Below, piece by piece: positions 53,687 through 63,026 of a stretch of DNA of 64,000 nucleotides (the first letter of the stretch is position 1; every line of letters begins with the position of its first letter). A program made the position numbers and the translations under genes. Source of the DNA: an uncultured bacterium (GTDB lineage: Bacteria; Babelota; Babeliae; Babelales; Babelaceae); contig CAWKFG010000004.1 in NCBI GenBank assembly GCA_963848965.1, positions 640,001 through 704,000 of the forward strand. The letters run 5' to 3'. The notes beneath the pieces were generated by a model. It was not told where the DNA came from, did not search any database, and saw nothing but the letters and a program-made list of their open reading frames with translations.

Positions 53687-56600
53687 TTACTTAAAAATAG
53701 CAGGTTGTTCCTTAAGGTAAAAAAGGATCCGAATTACAACATCACTATACCCTTGCACTGCTGCTATTTTAAGAGCAAGTGCAGCTTTAGTTTCACTTGT
53801 AGCAAGCTTTGCATTAAGCTTAAAGAGCTCATTGACAAGATTAAGGTTCCCTTTAATAATTGCATAGAATAATGCTGTATTACCCTGGCTATCCGTAAGA
53901 TTTATACCTAAACAGTCAAGAGCTTTCTTCAACGCTTCAGGATTATCCTTATATACCTCGTTTATACGTTCTACCTCTTGTGTATACCACTTAAGTAATG
54001 TTTGAACACATTCAGTATGACCATACAAAATGGCATAATGTAAAGCAGTACGGCCATAGACATCTTGAGCATTTATAAACCAGCGCGGCATTTCACTTTC
54101 TATAAACTGTTGCACAATATGAGCATGACCAAACATACATGCCCATATAAGAGGTGTTTGTAAAAGCCCATTACGTGTACATTTTCCTTGCTCTTTATAC
54201 ACTTTTATATACTCAGTGCAATAAGCATCCTTATTTTCAAAATAGTCCTTCTTAACATAACCTGGGAAGGATTTTTTTACTATTCTCAAAAGCAGTGCTA
54301 TCTCTTCAAGTTTCAGCCTTTTAAGGGCTTCTTTATAGTCAGAGCCATTAATTCTTGATTCTTCAAGATAAGAATCTAACCGCGAGTGAATTTTATTTTG
54401 TATATCAGCATCATTATTTATGAGGTCAGGCACATTAGGGCTTGCTCCTATAAGGATTGCAAATGATTCGAGCCCCAGTACTGCTACAGCACGAGTTAAA
54501 CTTGATATATTATGAGCATTTCTTTTATTTACATGAGCACCATGAGAAAGTAAAAGTTTTACCATCTCCGTATCGTTGTTAGTTGTAGCAACCATAAGAG
54601 GAGTATCTCCATAGGCCACATTGACATCTGCTCCTAGTTCTATAAGCTGTTTTACCAATTCTTTCTTTTGTCCCCCTACTGCTGTAGTTAAAGCAATAGC
54701 ACAAGCATGTGCCTTATTTGGATGAGCATTTATAAGCAAAGATACAATTTCACTATGTCCTTCATAGCTCGCACTATCTAATGCAGGCTTAAGAATTACT
54801 GTAGGAAGTCTGTCAGGAAAAGCAAGTAGAAGTTTTACTAAAGCTGTATGTGCCTTTTGTGTAGCAATCGAAAGGGCAGTATTACCAGCTAGATTTCTTA
54901 TAGCAATTTGAGCACCCTCTCTAAGCAATAGCTCTACTACTTCATTATGCTCATTAGTAACTGCATGCATTAAAGCTGTTTTTCCTTGTCTATCTTGAAC
55001 GTTCTTGTCTACTCCTTGAGCAAGTAATTCTTTTACTTCAGAAAGATTTCCTTGAACACTTGCTTCAAGAAATGCTTGTTGCATTTGGTACTTTTCTGAA
55101 AGCGCTTCTTCAAGCATACGCACTATAGCTTCATTGCCATTCGTCTTTGCATAAGAGAGAGCATCTACTCCTTTATCATCTTTTAATGTCACATCTGCAC
55201 GTCCATCAAGAAGAACTCGAGCACAGTCATCATAGCCTCTCATAGCAGCTATTATTAATGGTGTTCTCTGATACAGAGATCGTGTATTAACATCTGCTCT
55301 TAGTTTTAAAAGACTTGTTATAATAGCAGGCTTATTGCATTCAGTAGCATAACATAGCGCTAGATTACAAGCTTGTTGCTCATCTTCACTTTTTTGTATA
55401 AGTAATCGAAGGAGAGGACCATTATCTTGCCTTACGGCTTTACTAATTGCCACAATGTTTATATGGCTTCCAGCATTAATAAGATATTTTACAAGCTCTT
55501 CATGCCCTCTTTCTACGGCAAAGCTTAAAGCAGTCATACTATCTTTAGATTGTCCGTTAATAGACAAACCCGCTTGTGTAATAAGTAGTTCTACAAGCTC
55601 TCTATTGCCGCTTGCAGCAGCATACATAAGAGCATTTATTCCTGATGAATCTACACATTGGGCATTCACACCTTGCGTAATAAACTTCTTAACTTTTGCT
55701 ACATCACCTTGAGCAGCCGCTTGCAAGAAATGGTTTTCTAATGCTGCTCTTTTTTGAGCTACCTCTTTCCTGAGTTCAGCTTTCCTTTGCTCTATTTCTC
55801 GCACAGAAGCCATAAATTTTTCTTCATAGCCACTATTTTTTGCATAGGCAAATGCATCTAAACCTTTACCATCTTTTGCGTAAGGATTTGCACCTGCTTC
55901 TAAAAGAAAAGCCGCTACATCCCATTTTTTAGCGCCAAGAGCAAGCATAAGAGCAGTTCTTTCAGTTTTTGCTTCTTTTAGTTCTAAATGAGGAACCTGA
56001 GCGTGCAATTTCTTTACAAGCATAAGTTTACCAGTGGCTACAGCAGCAAAAAATGCTGTGCTAAGGACTGCAGGTCTTTCTCTATTTGCGTCAATAAGAA
56101 TTTGCAGGATTTCTTCATGTCCACCTTGTACTGCAGCTGAGAGAACCTTGGAGGTAATGCTTGCTCCCTTACTTATAAGAAGTTGTACAATTTCCTTCTT
56201 CCCTGCTTGTACAGCATTTTCAAGAGCTTTAGATGTGCTTTGAGCACCTTTATCCAAAAGAAGCTGTAGGACATCTTTTCTTCCTACACTAGCAGTAACT
56301 GAGAGAGCAGTTTCACCTTCTTTATTTGAAGTATTTATAGGTATACCCTTTGCAAGCAAGAATTCTACAAGGTGTATGTGTCCTTCTTGTGCAGCAAGCA
56401 TAAGAGCATTCATATGAGGCTGTACTTGTGTCTCAGATCCGATAAAGGAAGAAACCCCAGATGCCTTATCTTCTGAAAAAACAGTAAGTGGACATCCTTT
56501 TTCTAAAAAGAATTCTACGAGCTCAAGTGACCCTGCATATGTTGCAATAAGCAATGGATTATTATACGTAGATTGATAGAAATCTATCCAATATTTCCCT

Positions 56601-58945
56601 TTTTTATCATTAAGTATTTTCTTTACGAAAGCAACATTACGAGCTTTAATTGAAGCATATAAAGCACGTTCTGTAAGACCTCGCTTATACCACCTATCAG
56701 AAGTCTGCTTAATAAACAGATTCACTATCCCTGCGTGGCCATGAGCTGCAGCACTATCCACAGCATCTGCAAGAGTATCCATTGATAGCTTATTCTTATA
56801 GGCATTAAGAAGAAGTTTTACCATATTCTCATCACCTTTTGCAGCTACAAGCTTTAATGCCTTTGAAAGATTGCGTTCATGAGCATCATTTTCTAATAAG
56901 AGAGCTACTATATTAGTATGTTTGTGCTCTACAGCAAGCTCGAGTCCTGTTTTTCCTTGCTCATCTACTATCTCACTATTTATTGGATCGCCAAATAAGC
57001 GTGTTACTTCCTCTTTATTTCCTTGAGTACATGCATCTAAAAAAGTAGCATGAGCTTTTTTATCTTCAGCAGCTTTTGCTTCAAGTAGTGCTTCAATTGT
57101 CTTATTCCCTTTTTCTTTTGCCCACGTTAAAGCACTTTTGCCACGTATATCTTGAAGCAGCGTATCAGCTTTATAAGCCAATAAAAGCTTTGTTGTTTCT
57201 TCATGACCATTAATCACTGCATGAATCAAAGGAGTAAAGTTACATGATTCCCTTCCAGAGGAGTTCCAAGGCTCTGGCTTCCAGTCTCTGGCATTCACGT
57301 CAGCTCCTGCATTAAGAAGGATTTTTACAATATCTGTATGACCTTGAGCTGCAGCAAGCATAAGGCTCTTATTCAAGTAGTGTCTGTTTTCTAAGTAGTA
57401 ACTACTTTTGCCTTCAAGTAACATGGTAACTATTTCTGCACGTCCATTCTTTGTAGCAATCATTAAAGGTGTTCTATGTTGAGCATCCATTATAGTAGCG
57501 TCTGCTCCTTGTTTAAGCAGTTCTTGTACTGCAACACCATCACCCTTTGTACAGCTTTCAAAAAGCTCTTCAGTCTTTGCTCTGGCATTTTCAAGAAGAG
57601 CTAGTACCTCTTTATGGCCTTTTGCTCTTGCAAGATCAAAAACATTCTCCCAACTTGGACCTACATTCACTTTTGCTCCAGCCTGCAAAAGAAATGTTAC
57701 CATATCTGTATGTCCAGCTCTTACTGCTTCTCTTAAGGGGGAATCATCATAGCCGCTAACATGTGCGCCACGCTCTATAAGCTTTTCTGCAAGTATCTTA
57801 TTATTGACTGCAGCAGCTCCTGCAAGAGCACATGTACATGCTTGAGTTTTATTAGTAGCCTTATTCATAAGTACGTCAAGAAGCTCTTCATTTCCTAATC
57901 GAGCAACTTCTTTAATAAGCGAGCTTGAACCAAGTTGATAGAGCATACCATCAGTTATAGAGGGCATAAAAATGTCGAGAAGGCTTTTATGTCCTTGCTC
58001 AAGAGCAGTTATAAATCCATTAATAATATCTCCTGGATTTACGTTTTTTGATCTTGAAAGAATCTTTTTAACCCATTTTTCGCGGTTATACCGCGCTGCA
58101 ACAACAAGAGCAGCTTCTATTTTACCTGTTCCTTCAACACGAGCACCTGCCTCTAACAAATATTCTATAATATCATCATTTCCACGCTCAAGAGCAACAA
58201 GTAATGGAGTAAAATTACCTGTACGACGAAGGTCAGTATTTGCTCTATGTTCTAATAACAATTTGACAAGGGCTTTATGTCCATAATAAGCAGCAAGCAA
58301 TAAAGGATATACTTGACACTTTCCAAATCTTTTCATGCTTTCTGCATCAATGCTTTCAATATATGTAAGGAAAAATCCTCCTTCTAAGCAATCTACACGA
58401 GCTTTGTTGGCTATAAGGAATTCTGCTATCTCTTTATGTCCGCAAGCAGCTGCTACAACCAAAGCTTTGTCTGATGATTTTTTTGCCAAAGGACTTTTAT
58501 CATACACTAATTTTACAAGATCTAAGTCCCCAGTCTCTACAGCGTATATCAAGGCTGTATTTTTAAATTTATCAACAATATCTGCATGAGTTCCGCTGTC
58601 AAAAATACTTCTTACTTGCTCTGTATTTTTGTCTTTTATCGCTTTTATTAAAGGAGTTGTAGCAGTACCTTTAGTAGGCGATGAAGCTTTTTTAGATCTC
58701 TTTTTAGAAGGCTTTTCTATCTTTTCAACTGCATTGCTATTTTTTGATTTATCTCGGGTTCTTTTCGCACTTTGTTGTAAAGGTTTATCGTCTGAAGAAT
58801 CACCTGATCCGCTCTTTTGGTCAATTTCCATATCAGAGGCTTGATCTCTTTGCTCTTCACTTTCTTCTGAACGGCTGCGCTTCATGCAAAGTATATCCCC
58901 TACAAAGAAGCCTATAAGTAATGGTAGCAATAATAACTTTTTCAT
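53687..58945 (-). CDS. Giant secreted ankyrin-repeat protein, paralog C (1752 aa)
   Basis: Signal peptide ending DILC-MKR; ANK array; C-terminus IRILFYLKEQPAIFK. Confidence 0.93.
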   Translation of the reverse strand: MKKLLLLPLLIGFFVGDILCMKRSRSEESEEQRDQASDMEIDQKSGSGDSSDDKPLQQSAKRTRDKSKNSNAVEKIEKPSKKRSKKASSPTKGTATTPLIKAIKDKNTEQVRSIFDSGTHADIVDKFKNTALIYAVETGDLDLVKLVYDKSPLAKKSSDKALVVAAACGHKEIAEFLIANKARVDCLEGGFFLTYIESIDAESMKRFGKCQVYPLLLAAYYGHKALVKLLLEHRANTDLRRTGNFTPLLVALERGNDDIIEYLLEAGARVEGTGKIEAALVVAARYNREKWVKKILSRSKNVNPGDIINGFITALEQGHKSLLDIFMPSITDGMLYQLGSSSLIKEVARLGNEELLDVLMNKATNKTQACTCALAGAAAVNNKILAEKLIERGAHVSGYDDSPLREAVRAGHTDMVTFLLQAGAKVNVGPSWENVFDLARAKGHKEVLALLENARAKTEELFESCTKGDGVAVQELLKQGADATIMDAQHRTPLMIATKNGRAEIVTMLLEGKSSYYLENRHYLNKSLMLAAAQGHTDIVKILLNAGADVNARDWKPEPWNSSGRESCNFTPLIHAVINGHEETTKLLLAYKADTLLQDIRGKSALTWAKEKGNKTIEALLEAKAAEDKKAHATFLDACTQGNKEEVTRLFGDPINSEIVDEQGKTGLELAVEHKHTNIVALLLENDAHERNLSKALKLVAAKGDENMVKLLLNAYKNKLSMDTLADAVDSAAAHGHAGIVNLFIKQTSDRWYKRGLTERALYASIKARNVAFVKKILNDKKGKYWIDFYQSTYNNPLLIATYAGSLELVEFFLEKGCPLTVFSEDKASGVSSFIGSETQVQPHMNALMLAAQEGHIHLVEFLLAKGIPINTSNKEGETALSVTASVGRKDVLQLLLDKGAQSTSKALENAVQAGKKEIVQLLISKGASITSKVLSAAVQGGHEEILQILIDANRERPAVLSTAFFAAVATGKLMLVKKLHAQVPHLELKEAKTERTALMLALGAKKWDVAAFLLEAGANPYAKDGKGLDAFAYAKNSGYEEKFMASVREIEQRKAELRKEVAQKRAALENHFLQAAAQGDVAKVKKFITQGVNAQCVDSSGINALMYAAASGNRELVELLITQAGLSINGQSKDSMTALSFAVERGHEELVKYLINAGSHINIVAISKAVRQDNGPLLRLLIQKSEDEQQACNLALCYATECNKPAIITSLLKLRADVNTRSLYQRTPLIIAAMRGYDDCARVLLDGRADVTLKDDKGVDALSYAKTNGNEAIVRMLEEALSEKYQMQQAFLEASVQGNLSEVKELLAQGVDKNVQDRQGKTALMHAVTNEHNEVVELLLREGAQIAIRNLAGNTALSIATQKAHTALVKLLLAFPDRLPTVILKPALDSASYEGHSEIVSLLINAHPNKAHACAIALTTAVGGQKKELVKQLIELGADVNVAYGDTPLMVATTNNDTEMVKLLLSHGAHVNKRNAHNISSLTRAVAVLGLESFAILIGASPNVPDLINNDADIQNKIHSRLDSYLEESRINGSDYKEALKRLKLEEIALLLRIVKKSFPGYVKKDYFENKDAYCTEYIKVYKEQGKCTRNGLLQTPLIWACMFGHAHIVQQFIESEMPRWFINAQDVYGRTALHYAILYGHTECVQTLLKWYTQEVERINEVYKDNPEALKKALDCLGINLTDSQGNTALFYAIIKGNLNLVNELFKLNAKLATSETKAALALKIAAVQGYSDVVIRILFYLKEQPAIFK

Positions 58946-59022
58946 GCATATCCTATAAAACTAATACTCATGACAACTACAGAAAAATTTCACAATAAAC
59001 AATTTGTAGCTGCTTAAATTTT

Positions 59023-59057
59023 ATTTGTCATTTTACTACAAAATGACAAATTTGCAA
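59023..59057 (-). promoter_or_regulatory. Putative promoter with overlapping 12-bp inverted repeat upstream of the giant ankyrin array
   Basis: ATTTGTCATTTT-ACTAC-AAAATGACAAAT (59023-51); on the minus strand TTGCAA (59057-52), 16 nt, TAAAAT (59035-30). Confidence 0.45.
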
Positions 59058-59131
59058 ATAATATTTTAGTGCTCGCATTGCTTTAACCACATCTTCGACA
59101 AAAAAAATAGCGATTTAAAATGTTCGTAGTT

Positions 59132-60550
59132 CTAGAAGGGAAGTAGTTTTCCTATCATATGTGCAAAGCAAACAGTACCTGTTAATAAAGATGTAGTAAG
59201 AGGTGTTGCAGCAGAAGTATTAACAGTTTTATTGACAGGAGAATAGGTAAGAGCAAGAGTAGTAGCTGAAGTTGGGCGAGTAGTTACAACAGGGGTATGT
59301 GTAGATGCGTAAGAGACACAGGCAGGAGATTTGCCTACTGTATAATGGGATTTTTGTAAGCTGTGGTGTGAGTTACCAAGCAAACGAGATAGGCCGCTTA
59401 CAACGGCTCCTGATAGAAAAGGATTATCTGATTTTACTTTATGATCTTGCGAATGGGAAAAATATGAAGCACTACTCGTAGCCGCCTGAGGCGTAAAAGA
59501 GAAGAGTGTGCCTGCTTTTTTCATTGCAGAAAAGTTTTCTCCTTGTGCAGTTTGCTTTTCAAGCTCTTTTACTTTGTGGGTCATCTGCTCTAATTCTGCA
59601 GCAAGCTTTTGCTCTCGCCAGTAGGTAGTGGTGATAACATAATTATATACTATCTCAAGCGCCTTAAGTACATTTTGCGCGTCCTCTATAAGAGCTTCCT
59701 GAGCAGGCAAAAATAGCTCTCTTTGCGTATCTTGAGTAAAGGCTAAAGTAGCTGTAAGTTTCTCAATCTCTTCGTGCAAACTTTGAGCATACTGTACAAA
59801 GGGAAACTTCTCTTCTTTATAGAGAGAACCAATGTAGGTATTGAGCATATCTAAAGAAAGTTCTCTTTCTAAAGCCTGAAGCTCAAACGCATGTTTTTCT
59901 CGATAGGCAAAAGTCATTAGCACTTGTACATGAATAAAATCTCTTTGCTTGTGAATAACATGCACCCATTGTATAAATTGTTGTTGAAAGAGCTCAAGCT
60001 GTTTAAACAGTTGTTTTGCTTCTTCAAAAAGACATTTTCTTTGTTCCCATCTTTTGAGGTTCTCTTCCATTTGTTGAATATAATTGTGCACCTCACTGCT
60101 ATCTTGCTGTAACCGCTTTTCATATGCTTCTAAAGAACCATCATATGATTGTAATAGGTTAGACCAATAAATATACGGTCGTACGTCCAGGGTAAGATAT
60201 TCTTGTTCTGCTCTATAGTGTTTCTGTAATTTTTCAATAAAAGAGCTCAGCTCTAAAATATACTCTTCATCATCTTGCGCTCTTTTAATCTCATTTTTAA
60301 GCTTTTCAATTTCGTTATGTGCATAGTTCGCCTGATCGGCAAGCCGTCCTTCGAGTTCCCTTTTTTGTCCTACTCTTTGACGCCATTCTTTTAAAGCCCA
60401 GCAAGATGATAGTAGTGTAACTCCAGCAAGTAGTGGCTTAGTATAAGAACTTTTATCGATTTCAGACCAGGTAGGAACATTCCAAGCACTAAGCGGTTGT
60501 AGCACAAAAAAAGTAAGACCTGTTACTATGATTTTTTTAGATAACACCAT
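59132..60550 (-). CDS. Exported/membrane-anchored coiled-coil protein with Ser/Thr-rich tail
   Basis: Signal peptide ending LSA-WN, second hydrophobic segment, heptad-rich body; paralog of 61748..62953. Confidence 0.75.
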   Translation of the reverse strand: MVLSKKIIVTGLTFFVLQPLSAWNVPTWSEIDKSSYTKPLLAGVTLLSSCWALKEWRQRVGQKRELEGRLADQANYAHNEIEKLKNEIKRAQDDEEYILELSSFIEKLQKHYRAEQEYLTLDVRPYIYWSNLLQSYDGSLEAYEKRLQQDSSEVHNYIQQMEENLKRWEQRKCLFEEAKQLFKQLELFQQQFIQWVHVIHKQRDFIHVQVLMTFAYREKHAFELQALERELSLDMLNTYIGSLYKEEKFPFVQYAQSLHEEIEKLTATLAFTQDTQRELFLPAQEALIEDAQNVLKALEIVYNYVITTTYWREQKLAAELEQMTHKVKELEKQTAQGENFSAMKKAGTLFSFTPQAATSSASYFSHSQDHKVKSDNPFLSGAVVSGLSRLLGNSHHSLQKSHYTVGKSPACVSYASTHTPVVTTRPTSATTLALTYSPVNKTVNTSAATPLTTSLLTGTVCFAHMIGKLLPF

Positions 60551-60702
60551 GAGATCCCCTTACAAAAGAGTTACGCCATCTTTTAAAGATTAAATAAATA
60601 TCAAATAAAAGCAAAAGCCCTCTAATCTGTACAATAACAAATATTGCCTTTCTATGCCTTCGTAGTCTAAAGTAGGAGAAAGTTTTACTCTGTGAGAGGA
60701 CT

Positions 60703-61746
60703 ATGATGCAGACTTCTTTTCTTATTAAAGCGAACCTTATTTTTCTCTTTATTTTCTTTTTCGTGCTTGCCCTCGTATTTGGCAAACCTCTTTTTGTGCC
60801 ACTGACTTTTGCAGCTCTTTTTGCGTTACTGATACTTCCTCTTTGCAGAAAGCTTGAAATATGGGGCCTTAAAAGAGGCTTTGCAAGCCTATTGAGTATC
60901 TTCATTCTTATTGTTCCGCTTATCATACTCATTGGGTTAGGTACCCACCAGATTACAGAGCTCACTGCTTCATTTAAGCTTTTTAAGAACCAGGCAACGA
61001 CTACATTAGATACTATTCAAAATTTTATTCAGAATTTTCTAGGAGCATCTCTACAAAAGCACATAGAGCATATAAAGTCGCAACTTTCTTCATTTATGCA
61101 TATAGCAGAAGCTTCTTTAAAGGACCTAGTTATTAATGCTTTAAAAGTGGCTGCAGTAACAATCCTTACTCTTGTCTATACGTTCTTTTTCTTATATTAC
61201 AGAGAAAAACTCAAAACATTTCTTTTGCAAATAATAAGCAGACAAGAACATAGCAATGTAAGAGCGGTAATAACTGAAATTCAAACTATGGTATCTCATT
61301 ACTTATTTGGTATTCTTACTGTAATGTTTATTCTTGCTCTTCTTAATACACTTGGACTCTCTCTTATAGGAGTTAAATATGCATTGCTGCTAGGACCCTT
61401 AGCTGCTTTTCTTAATGTTATACCTTATATTGGAACAGCTATAGGAAGTACGATACCACTTATAGTAAACTTTTTAAACGGCGGGTCATGGTATTCTACG
61501 CTTGCAATTATAGTACTTTTTACTTTGGTACAGCTTCTTGATAGCCATGTACTTACACCAACCATTATTGGACCACGGATGCAAGTCAATCCTTTAGCTG
61601 TTATTACCATAGCAGCAATAGGCGCTCTTCTATGGGGTATACCAGGAATTATTCTGTTTATACCATTACTTGGCATCATAAAAATTATATTCGAGCACAT
61701 TCCTCAATTACAACCGTATGCCTATCTTATAAGTAACAGACAATAG
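60703..61746 (+). CDS. AI-2E (PerM/UPF0118) family membrane transporter
   Basis: PL.FA.LFA.L..P, LNVIPYIG, QLLDSHVLTP.IIG, NPL, LWGIPG.ILFIPL. Confidence 0.9.
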   Translation: MMQTSFLIKANLIFLFIFFFVLALVFGKPLFVPLTFAALFALLILPLCRKLEIWGLKRGFASLLSIFILIVPLIILIGLGTHQITELTASFKLFKNQATTTLDTIQNFIQNFLGASLQKHIEHIKSQLSSFMHIAEASLKDLVINALKVAAVTILTLVYTFFFLYYREKLKTFLLQIISRQEHSNVRAVITEIQTMVSHYLFGILTVMFILALLNTLGLSLIGVKYALLLGPLAAFLNVIPYIGTAIGSTIPLIVNFLNGGSWYSTLAIIVLFTLVQLLDSHVLTPTIIGPRMQVNPLAVITIAAIGALLWGIPGIILFIPLLGIIKIIFEHIPQLQPYAYLISNRQ

Positions 61747-61747
61747 A

Positions 61748-62953
61748 CTATTTACGAGTATAAGAAATATAGTGCTGTGCTTGTAAAGAGTTAATATCGC
61801 GCCGCAGTGAATGAACTTTATCGCCAAGCTGTGAGCACAAAGATTGAATATCATCTTGAACTCTCGTTGATCGCTCAAGCTTGGTATTTAACGTTTGATA
61901 CTGGGACTGTAGCTTGCTTAGCTCTTTTTGGAAAGTAACCTCATTGCTTGTTACTTGCTTTTCTATCTGATCAATTTGACTACGCATATGCGTCCATTCT
62001 GAAAGAAACTCTTGTTCTTTGAAAAAAGGAGTTGCACGCACATGGCTACGTACCACTTTAAAAGCAGTATATAATGAATGAGCATACTCTATAAGGCGCT
62101 GTTGAAAACTACTTGATTGCATTTCATCTATAGAAGACAGCACTTTTTCAAGACGAGCACCTTCTCTTTCAAGCTCAGTCTCATATGCTACATAAGGAAA
62201 TTTTTCAGTCTCATACAATGCAGCTATACGATCACTAAGCAGCCCTAAAACGCTTTCATCGCCAAGAGCTTTATATTCAAATGTATAACGAGCGCTGTAT
62301 TCTGAAGTCACCAATGCTTTAAGAGCAAAAAAGCCTTTTTGCTGCTTACTTATATGAATAAGCTGACGTAAAAAGTTGCTTAAAGTTTCAAAATGCACAA
62401 TAAGCTCTTGGCCTTTTATGTGTAGGTAAAGAGATTGCTTTACTCTCCATTCGTTTATTTTTTCACTGAGCTCTTTGTGATGCTTTTCAACAACTGAAAG
62501 CTCTTTTTGTAACATCTCTTCAAAATGGTCAAAACTCGAAGCCGTTCGCTTGGCAGAGTTTTCAAAAAACTCTATAAGTAGCTGTATATCCTCATTGACC
62601 AACGTTTCTTTAGAAAGAATGTCCTCTACAGGTGCGCAGAGGTTTTGAACTTTTTCAACACATTCTGTCTTTTCAACTAAAAAGTATTCATCCTCTTGCA
62701 ATGCCTTCATCTCATCAGTAAGCTTTTTAATTTGTGTGTTAGCTTGCACTTTCTGTTGGCAAAGCTGGCCCTCAAGCTCTTTCTTTTGAGATGTACGCTG
62801 GCACCATTCTTTTATTGCCCAACCAGTTGACAAAAGAGCTGCTCCAGCTGCAAGCGATGTAGCATGTTGCATCTTAGATATATTCCATGCATGTATTTGA
62901 GTACCTAAAAAAGAGATACTGGTTGTAAGGACTATTGTTTTAGTTGAAACCAT
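61748..62953 (-). CDS. Exported/membrane-anchored coiled-coil protein
   Basis: Signal peptide ending IHA-WN; LLSTGWAIKEW.QR..QKKELEG.L and LY..EKFP.V.Y shared with 59132..60550. Confidence 0.75.
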   Translation of the reverse strand: MVSTKTIVLTTSISFLGTQIHAWNISKMQHATSLAAGAALLSTGWAIKEWCQRTSQKKELEGQLCQQKVQANTQIKKLTDEMKALQEDEYFLVEKTECVEKVQNLCAPVEDILSKETLVNEDIQLLIEFFENSAKRTASSFDHFEEMLQKELSVVEKHHKELSEKINEWRVKQSLYLHIKGQELIVHFETLSNFLRQLIHISKQQKGFFALKALVTSEYSARYTFEYKALGDESVLGLLSDRIAALYETEKFPYVAYETELEREGARLEKVLSSIDEMQSSSFQQRLIEYAHSLYTAFKVVRSHVRATPFFKEQEFLSEWTHMRSQIDQIEKQVTSNEVTFQKELSKLQSQYQTLNTKLERSTRVQDDIQSLCSQLGDKVHSLRRDINSLQAQHYISYTRK

Positions 62954-63026
62954 ACTTTGCCCCTTATAGAAACAGAACCCATTATTATTTAATAATAAAG
63001 TATTTTACAAAGAACACAAAAGCCTT

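Noticed and set aside
43214..58945. Diversity-generating retroelement acting on the similar 3' ends
   Set aside because: No reverse transcriptase in the window, the repeats are all coding gene ends, and the differences do not appear adenine-specific.
60537..60965. 142-aa minus-strand ORF abutting the 472-aa gene
   Set aside because: Mostly antisense to the AI-2E transporter; its Lys/Arg content mirrors the transporter's Phe/Leu codons.
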